A stretch of DNA of 64,000 bases from Lama glama (GCA_028534125.1 CM052837.1:3286001-3350000); one strand, 5' to 3'. Shown: positions 33,331-47,494, counted from the first letter of the stretch. Numbers and translations: made by a program. The notes: a model not told the origin generated them from the sequence alone.

Positions 33331-34443
33331 TGTTCTGAGCCTGGATTGCTCCAGAGCAGTGAGACACTGGCCCTGCTTGGCCGCTCCGCTCTCCTGCCAA
33401 CCTATTCCTCCCCAGGCCTCCAGGGCCTCCGCGTTCCTGGAATTTCAGACTTCAAGGTGGGCCAAGCCTTGGCCGCAGGAGCAGCCCCTCGGTGAGCCCC
33501 TCTCCCTGGAGTTCCCCGCTGCATGGTCTTTATGAGGCCTGTGGCTTCACAGACTAGATGAAGAGTCTTTGACAAGTTTGTTTTAGGGCCTTAGGATTTC
33601 ACAGCACCGAGATTATTCCTGGTCTCTGAGCATCGGTGGACTGGCGTGATGTGCCGATGCATCATTTGGGGAAGGGGTCCCGTGCCCGCCTGCTAGTCTC
33701 CTGCTCCCCGGCAGGTTGAGCTTAGTGCTGCAGGTTTGGCGAGAGGCCGTTGAAAACTGGAAGTCAATGCACTCACATGAAGTCTAAGGTTCTGGTTCCT
33801 ATTTCCCAGGACTTTTCTTCTTTCTTTCGGTTTTACTTCCCCTGATCTGGAGAGATTAGAGATGGCACTGTTCTTACCTAAAAGACTTAATGAAAAAATG
33901 TAAAGTTACATCTCTAGGAATAATTTTAAAGTCTCTGTATGAGGCTGGAGAAAGCTGGACAATTCTGGGGGGGGTGGGGGTGGGCAGAAGGAGTTAAATT
34001 TTGCTATTACGTACTTTTGAAATGTTTCACTTGTTAACAGATTTTTATTACTTTGTTCCCTGAATACAGTTTAATACAATTTCATGAGAAAGTTGGAATA
34101 CAGATGTGTTAGGATAATGCTCTTACAGGCTCCTCTCAGCAACGTTCTGTGGACAGGGCATTGCGGCGTCCATCTCCCCTGGCCCTCCAGGAGGGAATGC
34201 ACATTTGTCGAGACCACTGGGGTGATGGCTGTGAAGGAAGTGACACTGGTCATCGAGATGTCACGTGTCCCCTTCTCCCAGACTATCCCCAGATGGTGCA
34301 GCAGGGGCCTGGGAGGATGGTCTCCAGGGAGAGTGTTCAAGAGAGGCCTGAGCCCTGGTCACTGGGGCCTCTGCAGGGACAGAGGCTGCCAGGGCTTCAG
34401 CAGGGAGTGCTTCGGGCGTCCCTGGGGTTGGAAAGGAGTAGCC

Positions 34444-34737
34444 AGGCTGTCCTGTAGAAATGCAGCGTGAGCCACATTAAACAAGGCAGATGAGAGACAC
34501 GTGAAATTCATTTTAATGGTATTTTTTTATTTAACCCAGTTGACCCCAAATGCCATCATTTCAGCATGCAATTAACAAAAGAAGTTATTACAGATATTTT
34601 ACATTCTTTTTTTTTTTTCATACCAAGTCCTGAGAATCTAGTGTGTCCTCCACTGGGAGCCACCTCACTTCCCACCAGCCACATGGCAGGTGCCCGGCAG
34701 CCACACGTGGCTGGTGGCTGAACACTGGCAGCGCAGG
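34444..34737. mobile_element. MER33-like hAT fossil
   Basis: gctgtcctgtagaaat...tgagccacat; gtgaaattcattttaat; agccacacgtggctggtggct...ggcagcgcag. Confidence 0.75.
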
Positions 34738-36232
34738 GTGAGACCTCTCCAAGTCCAGAAAGTAGAAGGGCTGAGTGGCGGTCGGCTGAGAGGCCGTCCT
34801 GCCCAGTCTGACTCCAGCTGACCTCCCACTTCTGGAAAACCCTGGCAGGAATGTCCATCTGCAGCCCCAGGGGGAGGAGCAGGGAGCCCAGAGACCAAAA
34901 TGCTAACCGTGGGGTTTTCGTCTGCTCGCGAACCGGAGAGTGGTTTTTCTTCTCCTTCGGCTTGGCTTCACTCAGAGTTCTCTCTAGTGCACGTACGTTT
35001 GCCATTAGAATTATTTTGCATTATATACGCATTTCAGTGAAAGAATAAAAGCTGAAAGGGGGCATCCCCTCACCTCCCCATTTTTGTGACGCCCTTGAGC
35101 TCTTAGATTTCTAATGTTAACGTGGCTATTTTTAATCTCCGAGCTTCATGGGGTAAGAGATTCTAAAAAAGAAGGTGCTCGTAGCAACCAGCTCGCCCAC
35201 GTCGCACGTTCCCCTTATTTGGGTATCATGCTAAGTGCTTTGACTTGTGATGAAAATATTGTGACGAGTGAGTGAAAATATTGTGACAAGCCAGAGAATT
35301 TCGGGTTGCCATGGAAACCATCCCCCTTGGGCATCCTCCGTGGGGTGGGCTTGGCTGCAGGTACCGCTGCAGGCAGCCTCTTGCCTTTGTTTCGGCTTGT
35401 CTGGGGCCCTGTTGCTCAGCGGTGTGCAGATTTGGGCCTCAGCACGAGGAACTGCCCAGGCATCTCAGGCGGGGCTCCTGCCAGGCAGAGCGTCTCCGTT
35501 CTCCCCTCTGGCCTTCTGGGCTGCATGAGAGCCTGCAAGAGTGCGAAGCTTTTGCGAGGGCATCAGGAGGATTCCAGAAGGGGCCGCTGGCTGGTGGCAC
35601 GTGGCTCTGTGTCCTGCAGCAGCTCACTGGCCAATGGCCTGGCGAGTGGGCAGAACTAGTCCAGACGAGCCCAGCCTTCCCCTGTCCTGAAACCTGCCTT
35701 AAGCTTTCTCCAGGGAGAGCTGGAAATAGAGGATCTGGACCAGGACATGGGGGAGGCAGCCTCCTTCCCCTGGGACCTCGGGGGTGCAGCTGTGGGGATG
35801 ACTGACATCAGTGCAGCCCCTCAGGGCCGTGGGGCTCACTCACGGCAGGGGTGTGAACCTCCCTGGGCCATGCAGGGTGAGAACCGGACCAGGCAGTTTG
35901 CTGGGAAATGAAGGAAGGAAAAAACCACCTTTGGGAAAGTACGCCTTGCTTGATTCTGCTTATTTTGATGGTAAAATGAAAGTGGGGGGACATTTCCAGC
36001 CCAGGAAAATAGCCTCTTTACTTGGGGACCTTCCCCTGCTGTCTTTGGGCAGGAGCAGGATGGTGCAGGACCTGGCGATGAGGCCATTCGAGATTCTGGG
36101 CTGGGCCCTCAGCCCACAGACCCGCGGCAGCCGGACACAGGCCTTGGCTGTGACCGGCCCCTGCTCCCTCAGGGTGTGAGGGGCTTGGTTGCTGGTCTGA
36201 GTGTGAGGCCCTCCCCTTCTCTCGCCATGCAG

Positions 36233-36381
36233 GGCCCCCAGACGCCAACAGCCCTCCCTGCCTCCCCTACAAGACACTGGTCTCCACAGTGGGAAGCATG
36301 GTGTTCAGCGAGGGCGAGGCCCAGCAGCTCATCGAGATCCTGTCCGAGAAAGCTGGTGTCATTCAGGACACGTGGCACAAG
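36233..36381 (+). CDS. RRBP1: RRBP1 exon 4 (PPDANSPPCLPYKTLVSTVGSMVFSEGEAQQLIEILSEKAGVIQDTWHK)
   Basis: AG/GT boundaries, 149 bp, phase 1 to 0, recognisable RRBP1 peptide. Confidence 0.96.
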
Positions 36382-37557
36382 GTGGGCCCCTTCCTCCTGG
36401 CCACATTTGGTGGCCACTGTGGCTGGTGAGCAGCTGGCCGGGTGGTTTCGCCCCCGATGCCTGGCCTGGGGCCAGTGATTGCAGTGGTTACCTGGTTCTG
36501 GGGCACCAGCCTCCCCTAGGTGATGCCTGGCGGGCTGGCCACAGCCGCTTGCCCAGCTGTGCGGTGTTCATGGTGAGTCCACTTACCTCTCGGCAGAACC
36601 CTGCTGCCCCTCCCAGGACGGGCCGTGTGAGTCACCCTGCAGGTGCTTTGGCTTCAGCCACAGCCCACCTGCTGAAACAGGAGGGCGGCTAAGAGCCAGG
36701 GTGGGGCTCTGAGTTCCAGGGGGACTGGGTGGTCACAGCAGCTGGGCCCCGCCCGTTGGTGGCCAGGGCCCCGGGTGAGGCGGGGAGAAGTAGGGTGTGC
36801 TATATGCCTCTCTGCGGCCCATCTCCTGCTGGGGGCCTGCGCCCACCTGCTGGCACTCGTGGCAGTGAGCTGCCCCAGGAGGGCTGTGTGGCTTGTTTGT
36901 TCCTTAAACAGAGCTGGAATTGTAGATCATTTTACTGGAGGATTTTGTGGCACCTTAGTGGTAGGAGATGTTGGGGGTGTCCTGAGAGCCAGGTGGATGA
37001 TCCCTGCCCTAAGGCCACTGGGGTCACTCTCCACCCCACGACCGGCCCTCAGTGAGGGGTGATGAGTCCTGTAGTGGCAGGGAGCTCCTCACTCCATGAG
37101 TGTCAGGCCATCTCCTGGGCATGAGGTCACGGTAACCACTCCTCTCCAACAAGAGAGGCCTGGACTCAGCTCAAGCCTCTGTCCCCACAATATCCCCCCG
37201 GCCATGGCCTCAGGCTTAGGCCGGCAACCTGCAGTCCACGCACAGCAACTAAAGGATGGGCACCGAGCCAGAAATGATGGCCAACTGCCCCATAGCAGAC
37301 CATGAAGAGGCCCTGGCCACCATCAACCACGCTCCTAAAAACTACCCAGAGGTCTGAGCCTTGGGCCCCAGCAGCTCCTACGGCCCCGGCCCTCGGCCTG
37401 GCAAGCTGGGTGGCCGGCGGGTGCCTCCCCCAGGGGTGTCTGCCATCAGGACAGAACCGCTGCCCTGGGTGTGGGTCAGGGTCTGAGAGCGGGCTTGGGG
37501 CTCCAACCAAGCATCCGCCCCCTCCTCCCATTTACATGTCTCTCTGGGCATTTCCAG

Positions 37558-37680
37558 GCCACTCAGAAGGGCGACCCCGTGGCAATTCTGAAACGCCAGC
37601 TGGAGGAGAAGGAGAAGCTGCTGGCCACGGAGCAGGAGGATGCGGCTGTTGCCAAGAGCAAACTGAGGGAGCTCAACAAG
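37558..37680 (+). CDS. RRBP1: RRBP1 exon 5 (ATQKGDPVAILKRQLEEKEK...RELNK)
   Basis: AG/GT, 123 bp, in frame. Confidence 0.96.
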
Positions 37681-39429
37681 GTAGGGCCAGCGTTGTCGGC
37701 CTGGGGGTCGGCCTCCCCTCGGCTCTCCCTGGGCCCGTGAGCCTGGGGCCGCGTGGAGACCCGGGAGCCTGGGCTGCAGCGCCTGTCCCCGGACGTGAGG
37801 ACACGTGGCCGGGAGCGCTCAGCCGACCCCGCAGTGGTGGCTGTCTTTTTAGGGGGATGCCCTGCGAGGAGGGTGGGCACAGTGGATCTCAGGTTCTTTT
37901 CTTGAGAGCTGGAGCCGAAACCAGTGGGGAGAGGGCAACAGGCTGCTTTTCTCCCTTCTCTGATGTCTGGAGGGAGCCTGTGATGGCTCCGCATGTGACA
38001 CTTGTTCCCCGTGGGTACCGGTCACGATGGGTCCCTGCTGCTGCAGCGGGCTGCGAGCATTGTTCGGGAGGAGTCAGGGCACGGGCACAAGGCTCCTCTC
38101 CCTGCCAGGACCCTCACCTCTCCTTCTGTGGAGTAAGATGTGCTGCCCCATGGGGCTGGTCACGCCCAGCTCGAAAGCTGTGTTTTCCCAGCAAAATGCT
38201 GTGGGCTGCCTGCTCTCTTCCTGCCTGCCCGTCTGCTCCACCGGGGCGGTGGGCGCAGGGAGGCGGCCTGGGCATCTGAACGTCCTGTGCCACCTGGGCT
38301 GTATCCCTTCCTCTGGGCACCTGCATCTGCTTGTTATTGAGGAAGCAGAATTGAGGCAGCCTGAGTTTCTGTCCTAAATTGGAGGCACGCAGCTCCGAGC
38401 CAGATGGCAAAGTTCGTTTGGTGGGGGACGGATGGATGGCAGGAGCAGAAGACGAGGCTTTGCCATGGTCAGCCCTGGCGATGCTGCGCCCAGGAGGACG
38501 GGAAGAGGCAGGTGTCCAGGGCCGCCTCTGGTGGTCGCCTCCTGCCTGATGGGCTTTGCTCTCAAGACTGTCTGCACGCAGCCTTCCCGTGAGCCTGTGT
38601 TGGGTTGCTGGTTAAATGTCGGGTGGCAGGAAACACTCACTCAGCTACCAAGAGCCAACTGCGCATCCCTTCCAGGCCCAGCTGGTGCTGTGCCACTGGC
38701 CAGGAGTGTCTGCATCACGGAAATGGGCCAGCGCTGCATGTCAGAGCCTCCCACCCGCTAAGGCCAACGGCTGGCAGCCACCCTGAAGTCTGTGGTTTCA
38801 GGGGCCGTTCTTCTGTATCCTCTTTCTGGACTAACTGAGAAAATGTGTTGATGCCCAAAATAAAATTGAAGTGGGAGCACAGGGGGGTGACTGTTCCCAC
38901 GGCTAGTGGCCGTGTGGCTCCCTGGCTAGTTCCTGTGCTGGCCCTGAATTTAGGATGGGCTGGAGGTGCAGCCTCTGATGGTGATGGTGACGGTGACCAT
39001 TGCTAGGGTCGCGGGCCACCGCAGGCAGGGCAGCAGGTGCGGGGTTGGGGGGCTGCACCCTATGAAGAAGGCCCCTTCGGTGCTGCCCTTTGTGCTGGAC
39101 CCTGACTGCTCCCCCACAGGGCTGGCCGCTTGACGAGATTTCTAAACCACAGCACAGCTAAGCCGCAGACAGCCTCCCGGGCGAGATGCATTTCCAGCTC
39201 GGCCCTGGCAGACTGTCTCCCTGCTGGGAGCTGCAGGGGCCCGAGAGACACGCAAGGGTGCGGCCCTTGGTTTTCGTAACCCCTCGTGCTCCCTGGGCTC
39301 CAGGCCTTGGCTCTGAGGCCGGAAATCCGGTAGTGCATCCGTCCTGGGCCTGGCCTCCCCGCGGGGCCCGAGGACGTCCTGTTGGGCTCTCAAGCACTAA
39401 TCCGGTCCTGGGAGGGCCCTCTCTCAAAG

Positions 39430-39725
39430 CTGCTGGCTCCTAGTCTTCACACCCAAGTCTGCATCCCCGACAGCACCTGCCTCCCCCTGTCTGCTCCACA
39501 CCCCTTGCTGCCTCCTCGGGCCTCTCCTGCTCTTTCAGTGGCCTCGCGGCTGACTAGAAGTCTCCTTATCCCTGGAGACTCAGTTTGATTCCCCTCCACC
39601 AGGAAGCCTTCCATGGCCCCCATCTTCCTGTCCCAGCACAGAGGTCACCCTTGTGCCTTATCATCTGCGTCCCCTGAGAGTCTAGCCAGCTCACTTGGCT
39701 CATCCCAGCAGGTGCCTGTCAGCCA
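39430..39725 (+). mobile_element. LINE-2 fragment
   Basis: ccctccaccaggaagccttcc...tcatctgcgtcccc...tggctcatcccagcaggtgc. Confidence 0.45.
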
Positions 39726-42528
39726 GTGGCCACAGGCCTGCAGCCGGCGCACAGCTAAGGGGGAGACTTTGCTGGTTCAGGCCTTGCCGTCTGGCCTTCC
39801 TGTGCTCCTGGGTCCACGGACGTTAGGTCCCTGCATTTCTCTGTTGCGAGTTCCGAGCAGAGCCGATGGTTGGCTTCATCCTTGGTCACGTCCCCTAGCG
39901 CAGCACTGTCGGGGAAAGTTAATGAGAAACTAAGTTACTGGGAATACGGAGGTTCCTCTAACTTATCCCCTGCTGGAGCTGGCGGGTGGACAGGACCTGC
40001 GTTTCACGTTGAGCTCCCTCCACGTCTTCTTTGTCCTTGTGGAGAAGTTTTCGTAGTTGCAAAAGAGGATGTTGGTGAATTCTTTTCCTTGTGGTCTGTG
40101 GCCAAAGGCATGCTCTAAACACAGACCATACGGACCGCCTACCAGATCCGTGCCTTGCAAGTGGGTGAAGTCAGCAGAGTTGGGTCCAAGTACAGTGCCA
40201 GGCACCAGTTCATGGGCTCAGGCATCCTGAGACCTCTGTCCTGGCTTCTGAGCATCTCCAGGGCCCTGTGTGAGGTTTTGAGGAACCACGTGGCTCCAGA
40301 GCAACTCTTTTGGAAAACCATCTTTCCAGCTGTCGTCTGCTTAGGCACCAGGGGCCTCTGTCCTGGGACGATGCCCTGGACTGGACCGCATCCTGTACTC
40401 TGTTGGGCCTGAGAGCCCATCCCTGGTGGCCAAGGAGGTGCTCGGAGTGGGTGTGCTGCAGGGGTGGGGCGGGAGGTGTTCCTGCTGGGAGACCTTTTTG
40501 GTGGGAGCTGCCTTCTGTCTGCGTCTTAGCTGTCCTTGGAAGATACACCATGTGGGGCCCACTTGGCCTGGGGAGCGGAGCGCACTTCAGAGCCAGCAAT
40601 GCTCAGCAGTGCCAAGCCTCCCCTCCCAGCCCAGTCAAAGGAAATGGGGCTCCGGGAAGTCAGCCATCATCACCTCATGTGCCTTTCAGGAAAATACACC
40701 CGACCCTTGCGACTGACTTAAGAATTTGACAGGCTGTAGAAGTCCTGGGAGTCTGAGCTTTTAGAAGAGAGAAGCCTTGGAGGACGAAACAAACATCCTG
40801 GGGAGAAGCTGGCTTTCTATGCCTTTAAAAAAAAGGGAAGGGAAATCCCATTGAATTCTGGTGGCCTTGGGATCCTGTCTCCAGGAGACTGGGACCTTTA
40901 TGCCCTGAACCCAAGGGGATGCCCACAACTGCACGGGATCCGCTCAGGGTAGGGAAGGCTGTCCCCAGACAGATGCTCAGTGCCAGCCTCTGGGTCTGGC
41001 CCAGGGTGGTGAGCAGAGACGGGCAGAGGATGGCCCACGTGTGGCTGTGTCACTCACTGCCGGTGTGGCTGTGAGCACGTCAGGGCATCTCTGATCATGT
41101 ACGTCGAGGGGTCTTCTGGGTGCTCCCCACCACGCCCATTCTGGTGGGGCCGGTGGAGGTATGCGTGTTAGAGGAAGCCTGGGGGTGCCCTGATGCCCCT
41201 TGAGCTGCCCTCTCCTGCTTCCGTAGAGGCGCCCGGGCCAGCCAGAGGAGGGGGAACCTCATCACTCCACCCCTTCCCGGGACCCTCGTGGGCTTGCGCA
41301 GTCCCAGGCTCCTGCCACTTAGAGCTGCTCTCTAGCCTTGGGCCGCACGTTCTCCTTGAGGCTCAGTGGGCTCAGCTTTAAACTAGGGATGGGAATCTTC
41401 ACTTTCCTAAGAGAACTGAATGAGACACATGCTTGTCCCCTAGCGGGCATAGTGCCAGCCCTTCTCCCCACCCTGCCCATTTCTGTATGTCATCGGTGAA
41501 GTGTTCTTAGCGTGGATCTCGTGCTTCTGTGGGCTCTTGCCCTCGGTGGAGCCAGGAAGCTGATTGTCTTTGAAAAGTGGGGCAGGTGGTCCCAGGGAAT
41601 GCCAGGCACCCAGAGCAGCCCTGACACCCAGAGGCCACCCCGATCAGGCCAGCCCTTCCCTGGCCTCCAGTTCTCTCCCATCTCAGACATCTCAGCTACT
41701 CTGACTCTTCGGGATGGGCTTCCCTGACAACCCTGGCCTGGAGGAGGAGAGGACTTCCCACTTCTCTGGCCTACTGCCCAGGCTGGAGAAGGGCTTTGAG
41801 TCTCATGGGACCAGCTGGGCCCATACCAAGTAGTGGCCAGTCTGGACTGGAGGCCTGCTGGACAGGGGCCCCCCACCTCAGGAGCCTGTTTCATCAACCC
41901 TTCCTCTACTGTCACCCCCTGCTTCCCTGTGCCTTCTGTCCACTGCCATTCCTTCCAGGATGACAGAGACCTCGGCCAGCCCTTCCCACCATGTGCTCTT
42001 TCCTGGTCTGAGGCTCCGGGTCCCCAGGCCCCACTGCCTGTGTTCATTGTGGGCATCCATTGCTGACCGGAGTAGTTGTCCCCTGGGCTGGGGTGGAGGA
42101 CCGAGTGGCTGCCCATGGAGACCCAGGCACTCCAGGAGTGGGACTGACCCCTAGGCACTGAGCCTTGCTGCCTTGTGGGTCCTGGCCAAGGTGCTCGAAT
42201 AGAAGTGGGCATTCAGGGGCCTGGATTTGGGGGACTGAGCCAAACCAGGGCATTATAATCCCAGCAGGGCTCAGCCAGGGACAGGATGCTGTGTTACCCA
42301 GCTCCTACCAGTGTCTGCTGTGGTCAAGGCCCGACAGCCAGCCTTCCACCAAGGGCCCCCTGCTTGTTCGCCACTGTGGCTGCTTGGGGCTGTGCGAGAG
42401 CTCGCGGCCCTGCTGCCCGGCCTCTCCAGCCCCAGGTCACACTCTGGGTTGTGATCATCATGGTTTCATCCAGTAAGCTCCTGCCCCCATCTGCCTAACT
42501 GGCCCCCCTGCCCTCTGCTTTCTCCCAG

Positions 42529-42681
42529 GAGCTGGCAACGGAAAAGGCCAAGGCCGCAGCTGGGGAGGCCAAGGTGAAAAAGCAGCTCGTGGCCCGGGAG
42601 CAGGAGATCACAGCCGTGCAGGCTCGCATGCAGGCCAGCTACCGGGAGCACGTGAAGGAGGTGCAGCAGCTGCAGGGCAAG
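42529..42681 (+). CDS. RRBP1: RRBP1 exon 6 (ELATEKAKAAAGEAKVKKQLVAREQE...QLQGK)
   Basis: AG/GT, 153 bp, coiled-coil peptide. Confidence 0.96.
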
Positions 42682-43457
42682 GTGGGCAGCGGCTGTGGGG
42701 CCGGGAGCTGGAGCCGCCCCCCAGGGCAGTCGAGGATGCCTGCTGAGAGGGGCCTTGGGATCTGGTTTGATTTTGGAGGGAGCGGGTGTTTTCTCAGGCA
42801 GATGGTGTTAGCCAGCCTGCCGTGTGTGTGTTTACTGTTAACAACCAGGAAGGTGTAAATATATTTTAAAGAGCCCTTTTTGAAAATACTCTGGTCCCAA
42901 GTGGTCAGCCCTGTGTCCCGTCCCCTGGCTGTCCATGGATCAAGTTCACAGCTTTCCTGTGACCTTGGAGTAACGCCAGCCCCGCCTCCACCATGCGAGG
43001 TTGGGAGGACCCCGTGAAACGAGGCCTGAAAACCACAAAACCTCAGCATGGGGCCCGAGGCCAGCGGAGGGCTGACCTACGGGTCCAAGCCCCGAGCCTT
43101 ACCTTCTCAAGCTGCACTCTGCTCACGGTGGGCCATGCCATGGGAGGTCAGAGGGCCGGAAACAGGCCTTCCTTGGGGCATTTGTAGGCTATGGCTTGTG
43201 GCTGGCTGCTGTGTCCCAGAGCAGGCCGCCCGTGACCTCGGTCAGAGCAGAGCACACGCAGCACGTCTGGGGCTTCGGGCTGAGCCCTTTGCTGTGCCCT
43301 TTGCAGGCCCCCTGTTCTCAGGGGTGCACCCCCATTGTGTGGAGAAGGCAGAGCCCCCCGGGGGTTGTCAGCTGGGCTGACCTCGCTCACTTTGCTTCCG
43401 AGGTGGTTCTCTTTGAAGGCCGAGTGGCTCTCTGATGCCCCTTCAATGACTTTTCAG

Positions 43458-43576
43458 ATCCGAACTCTCCAGGAACAGCTGGAAAACGGCCCCAACACGC
43501 AGCTGGCCCGCCTGCAGCAGGAGAACTCCATCCTGAGAGATGCCTTGAACCAGGCCACGAGCCAGGTGGAGAGCAG
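43458..43576 (+). CDS. RRBP1: RRBP1 exon 7 (IRTLQEQLENGPNTQLARLQQENSILRDALNQATSQVES)
   Basis: AG/GT, 119 bp, ends in phase 2. Confidence 0.96.
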
Positions 43577-45508
43577 GTGAGCTCGGTGCCTCGGGGCCCT
43601 GGGCCGGATGCGGGCTCCCTGCCTCCCCTGTGGGCTCCGTCCTGCCCCTCCGCCTCCGGGCTGTTCCTGAGCGGCTGAGTCCTCTCACGTGGCCAGGCCA
43701 CATCCTGCTTGTGTCCCCCTCAGATGCTGTCAGCATCTTGCTTTCCTGGGAGAGCAGGTATTTTTTTCATGTCTACCTTTACAGTATTTAGACATGAAGC
43801 TTTTAAAAACTCCTGGTTTGGGCCCAGAGTATCAAAGCCAAGCTGACGGTCCAGGATCAGAGCCTGGGGTGGTGTAGGGGCCTGTCGTGGGCCTGAGCGC
43901 CTTGACACCTGCTGGTGGAGTCGCCTGTGTGGGAGGGCCCCCCTGCCGCCACCGTGCTGTGGTAACGGGGCTCGCTCTCAGCGTTTCTGCTGAGGAGCTC
44001 GGGAGTGTCTGCGAGCAGGCGGGGCCCCTGTTTACAGGACACTTTGTTTTAAGTCCCTGCTTTGAGCGTCACCGGTCAGTAGGCCGGCCCAGAGGAAGCC
44101 CCACTGCGTTTTCTCTTGATTCACATTTCTTTGCCTTCTCTTGGCCTGGGGTGTCCCGAAGGGACTTTCTGGGGTTCTCATCATCCCTGGAACGTCCTCT
44201 TCATCCTGGAGGAGATTGACAGGAGCAGCAAGGACAGGCACCCTGGGAGGTGGGGAGGGTGTTGCCCACGCGCAGCACTGGGAGGGACACGTGTGCCCCC
44301 CAGACCACTGAGGCCACCCTCACCCGGCTGGTCCCTTCTGCTGGGAGGTCCCTGTCTTCACCTCCATCCTGGCTGGTTGGCAACTTGGTGGTTTGCGGCT
44401 GGGTTTCCTCAGCAGTCACAGCAGCAGGTGACCGTGGGGACAGAGGGACACTCTGACTTCCTTCTCGTGGAGGATCTGCTGCATCCTCCAGCCTGGGGAC
44501 AGCTCTGATGCCCGGAGACCTGTCACTGAGAGGGTGGTGGCTGACGCCGTCCGTCTGTGGAAGCTCTGCCGTGTAGGACAGGTGTCCCCAGGGCCCCCCC
44601 CCGAGCTTCACGTTAGTCCCTCGGGGCCTCCCAGCCAGCCTCCCACCCCCACCCCAGGGTGTGGAGTCCGGCTCTGGTGTGAGCCCTCCAGTCTTGAATC
44701 TTGGCGTGTGCAGCCCTGCAGAGGGCTTTGGGGCGGCCTCCCCCGTGCAGGTGATGAACCCGCAGAGCAGAGCTGGTCTTCGCCAGGTTTCCTGCCTCCT
44801 CGGGTTATGGACAGCCTTGTCTGTCCCCTTCATCTTGTCTGGACAGTCAGTCCTGCCTTGAAGAGGTGTCTTTTGTGCTAGTGAAGGAGGCCAGCATGCT
44901 GGGGACCTCCACACCCTGGAAAAGGCTGCCCCCTTTTCCTGTCAATCAAGTTTCCTTCTGTCATTCCAGCACTTCCTCTGCCGTCTGGAGACCCAGCTTT
45001 AGGGCAGTGTTGAGGGGTGTGTTTCACTAAATGCAGCAGCCTCCTGCTTCGAGTGGCCTCCTCGGCCCGGCCGTGGTCCAACTGGCCAGTAAGTCTGGTG
45101 CACGGACCCGAGTGGGCCGCTGCCCCTGGCCCTGCAGGGCAGTGAGGCAGGTCAGCCGCGTCTCAGGGCTCATTTGGGCCCAGGTCAGCAATGAGGAATC
45201 AGCTGTCTCTGGATGGGCTCTATGGGCTGCTTTAATGCACATTTTGCTCTTTGCCCTTGCTCGCTGTTCCACTGCCGTGCTTCTAAAACAGCATCTTCAA
45301 TGAAACACATCACATCTCACATGGCTGATGACCTAGAGGGACTTTGGAAATGGCTCCAAGACGTGGGAAACTGCTTAAGAAAGAGCAGGTGCCCTGGAGG
45401 AAAGGCTCAGAGCGCCGTCCCCATTGTCCAAGGCAACTCTCAGGGCCCCCGAGAGCTGACTTGAACCCTCTTTCGACCGTCAGTCAGGGGTTGGTGACTG
45501 TCTTGCAG

Positions 45509-45662
45509 GCAGAATGCAGAGCTGGCGAAGCTCCGGCAGGAGCTCGGCAAGGTCAGCAAGGAGCTGATGGAGAAGTCGGAGGCCGCTCGGCAGGAGGAGC
45601 AGCAGCGGAAAGCTCTGGAGGCCAAGGCAGCCGCCTTCGAGAAGCAGATCCTTCAGCTGCAG
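45509..45662 (+). CDS. RRBP1: RRBP1 exon 8 (QNAELAKLRQELGKVSKELMEK...QILQLQ)
   Basis: AG/GT, 154 bp, phase 2 to 0. Confidence 0.96.
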
Positions 45663-45849
45663 GTGGGTCGGGGTGGCAGCCACCTCGGTGCCCGAGCATC
45701 CCGCCCACCAAGCCCCTCTGCGCAGCCGGCAGGCCAGGGCTTGGCCGGCCGCACTGGCTCATCCCTTCCCGGCTGTGTCTGTGCCGGCCGGAGACTCGGG
45801 CAGGGCTGGGGCTGGAACGCACACCTTGGCCTTGTTAGTAGTGATGGCT

Positions 45850-46050
45850 GGGTGCCACTGAGTGGGTGCTTTTTACGTGCTGCTCGTTGTAAACTTCACA
45901 TAAGCATTAACTTAGTTAATTCTCATTGTAACCTCACGAGGAGGTACTGTTGTTATCTGTGATTTATTCAGTAGGAAATTTAAGGCCCAGAGTTAAGCAG
46001 CTCCCTTAGGTTCACACAGAGCCAGGGTGTGAGCCCTGGGGATCCCCAGA
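45850..46050 (-). mobile_element. MIR
   Basis: ttaattctcattgtaacctcacgaggaggtactgttgttatc...aggaaatttaaggcccagagttaag...ggttcacacagagc. Confidence 0.7.
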
Positions 46051-47355
46051 GCAGTGTCAGCCTCCCCCCCCCCCCCACCTGCAGCGTGCGGCTCCAGGCA
46101 CGCTCACACAGCCTCCGGCTTCAGGGCCAGAGTGTTCTTCCTTCTCGGCCTCTGGATGTGGCCTGGAAGCTCGTGTTTTCCCAGGAGGATGTCTGTTCTC
46201 CAGGGGGAGGACTGTTGTGCCCCACCCCCTGCCCACCCCGAAGTGCACTGGGCAAATCCCATGTGGCCCTGAGCCTAGCGGCCCTGCTGTCCACTGGCCT
46301 GACGGGTTCTTCCCCAGCTGGCCTGTTTCAGGGCAGGGTGCACAGGCGTGGGGCAGTTGTCATGTCTGTGGGGGGCCTTGATGTCACACCTGCTGTGCTT
46401 GAAATTTTCTGGAGAACAAGGAAATCCTGGAGACCCGCAAGGCTGTGTGCCTGGTTCCTGCTCAGTCTCTGAAGCTAGGCTTCTGCATGTGGGGCAGTGG
46501 GGCTGTTTTATGGAAGGGACTAGAATGACAAACAGGAAACTGTCAAACTGACGTTTGTGTGCAAGGGACTAAAAGAGAAAAGGAACAGGTAAAGTTTGGG
46601 TCGTTTGGGTGGAATTGAGATGGATAACTTGGTGTTTACTGATTTTCATGTAAAGTAGGACCAGCCAGACCAGTGAGTTCAGGACCGCTGGGGGCGGCGT
46701 GGCTGTGATGGAGCTAAAGGCTCTCACGTGGTTCTGGTGCCGCTGGGCTGGAAAGTCCACTCCGGTGCCCAGGTATCTCCACCACATGTGAGATTCCTAA
46801 GGGCCTGGCCTGGGCCTGGCTCCCACCAGTAAGGCCCAGACTGAGCACCTCCTGCCCTCCAGGTCTCGGGGTCCTCGGCCACACAGAGTCCGTTCTTTCC
46901 CTCTGACGCCAGAGGTTCTGGGCACGGCTGACCGCGAGTGGTGGGGGAGGCGGGGGCGTGCGGCTGCCTCGTTGGCCCCCGTGGTGTTGACAGTGAGCCT
47001 CAGTCTCCCCAGAAATGCCCAGTAACTGTGACCTGTAACAGACCCATCTGGGGAACCCCCAGGTCAGGCTGGAGGGTTAGGTTGTAGGAAGCCTCTCCCT
47101 GCGCCGCAGTGAAGTGGGTCTTTTCCTTCCTGCACCTGAGGCTCCTTCCCCTGGATCCCACTCTTCAGGGGTCAGGCGGATACGGCCTCCGGGCTTTTTC
47201 TAGTCAGTTGGCCTGAGAAATCCAGGGGGTTTGTAAACGTCAGTGCAGGCTGGCAGGTGTGAGGAGCTCTCTGTCGGGCTCAACCGCCGAGCTGGCTGAG
47301 GGTCCAGCTTCCCGCCTGCATCCTCACGGCCCTCTTCCCGCTGCCCTGTCACCAG

Positions 47356-47494
47356 GCGTCTCACAAGGAGAGTGAGGAGGCCCTGCAGAAGCGCCTGGAC
47401 GAGGTCAGCCGAGAGCTCTGCCGCTCGCAGACCAGCCACGCCAGCCTCCGGGCGGACGCCGAGAAGGCCCAGGAGCAGCAGCAGCAGATGGCTG
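47356..47494 (+). CDS. RRBP1: RRBP1 exon 9 (ASHKESEEALQKRLDEVSRELC...QQQMA)
   Basis: AG/GT, 139 bp, phase 0 to 1. Confidence 0.96.

Noticed and set aside
37302-38279. 325-aa ORF and other long intronic or 3' ORFs (49372-50181, 60168-61488)
   Set aside because: GC-rich chance ORFs or read-through extensions of real exons, with no recognisable domains.
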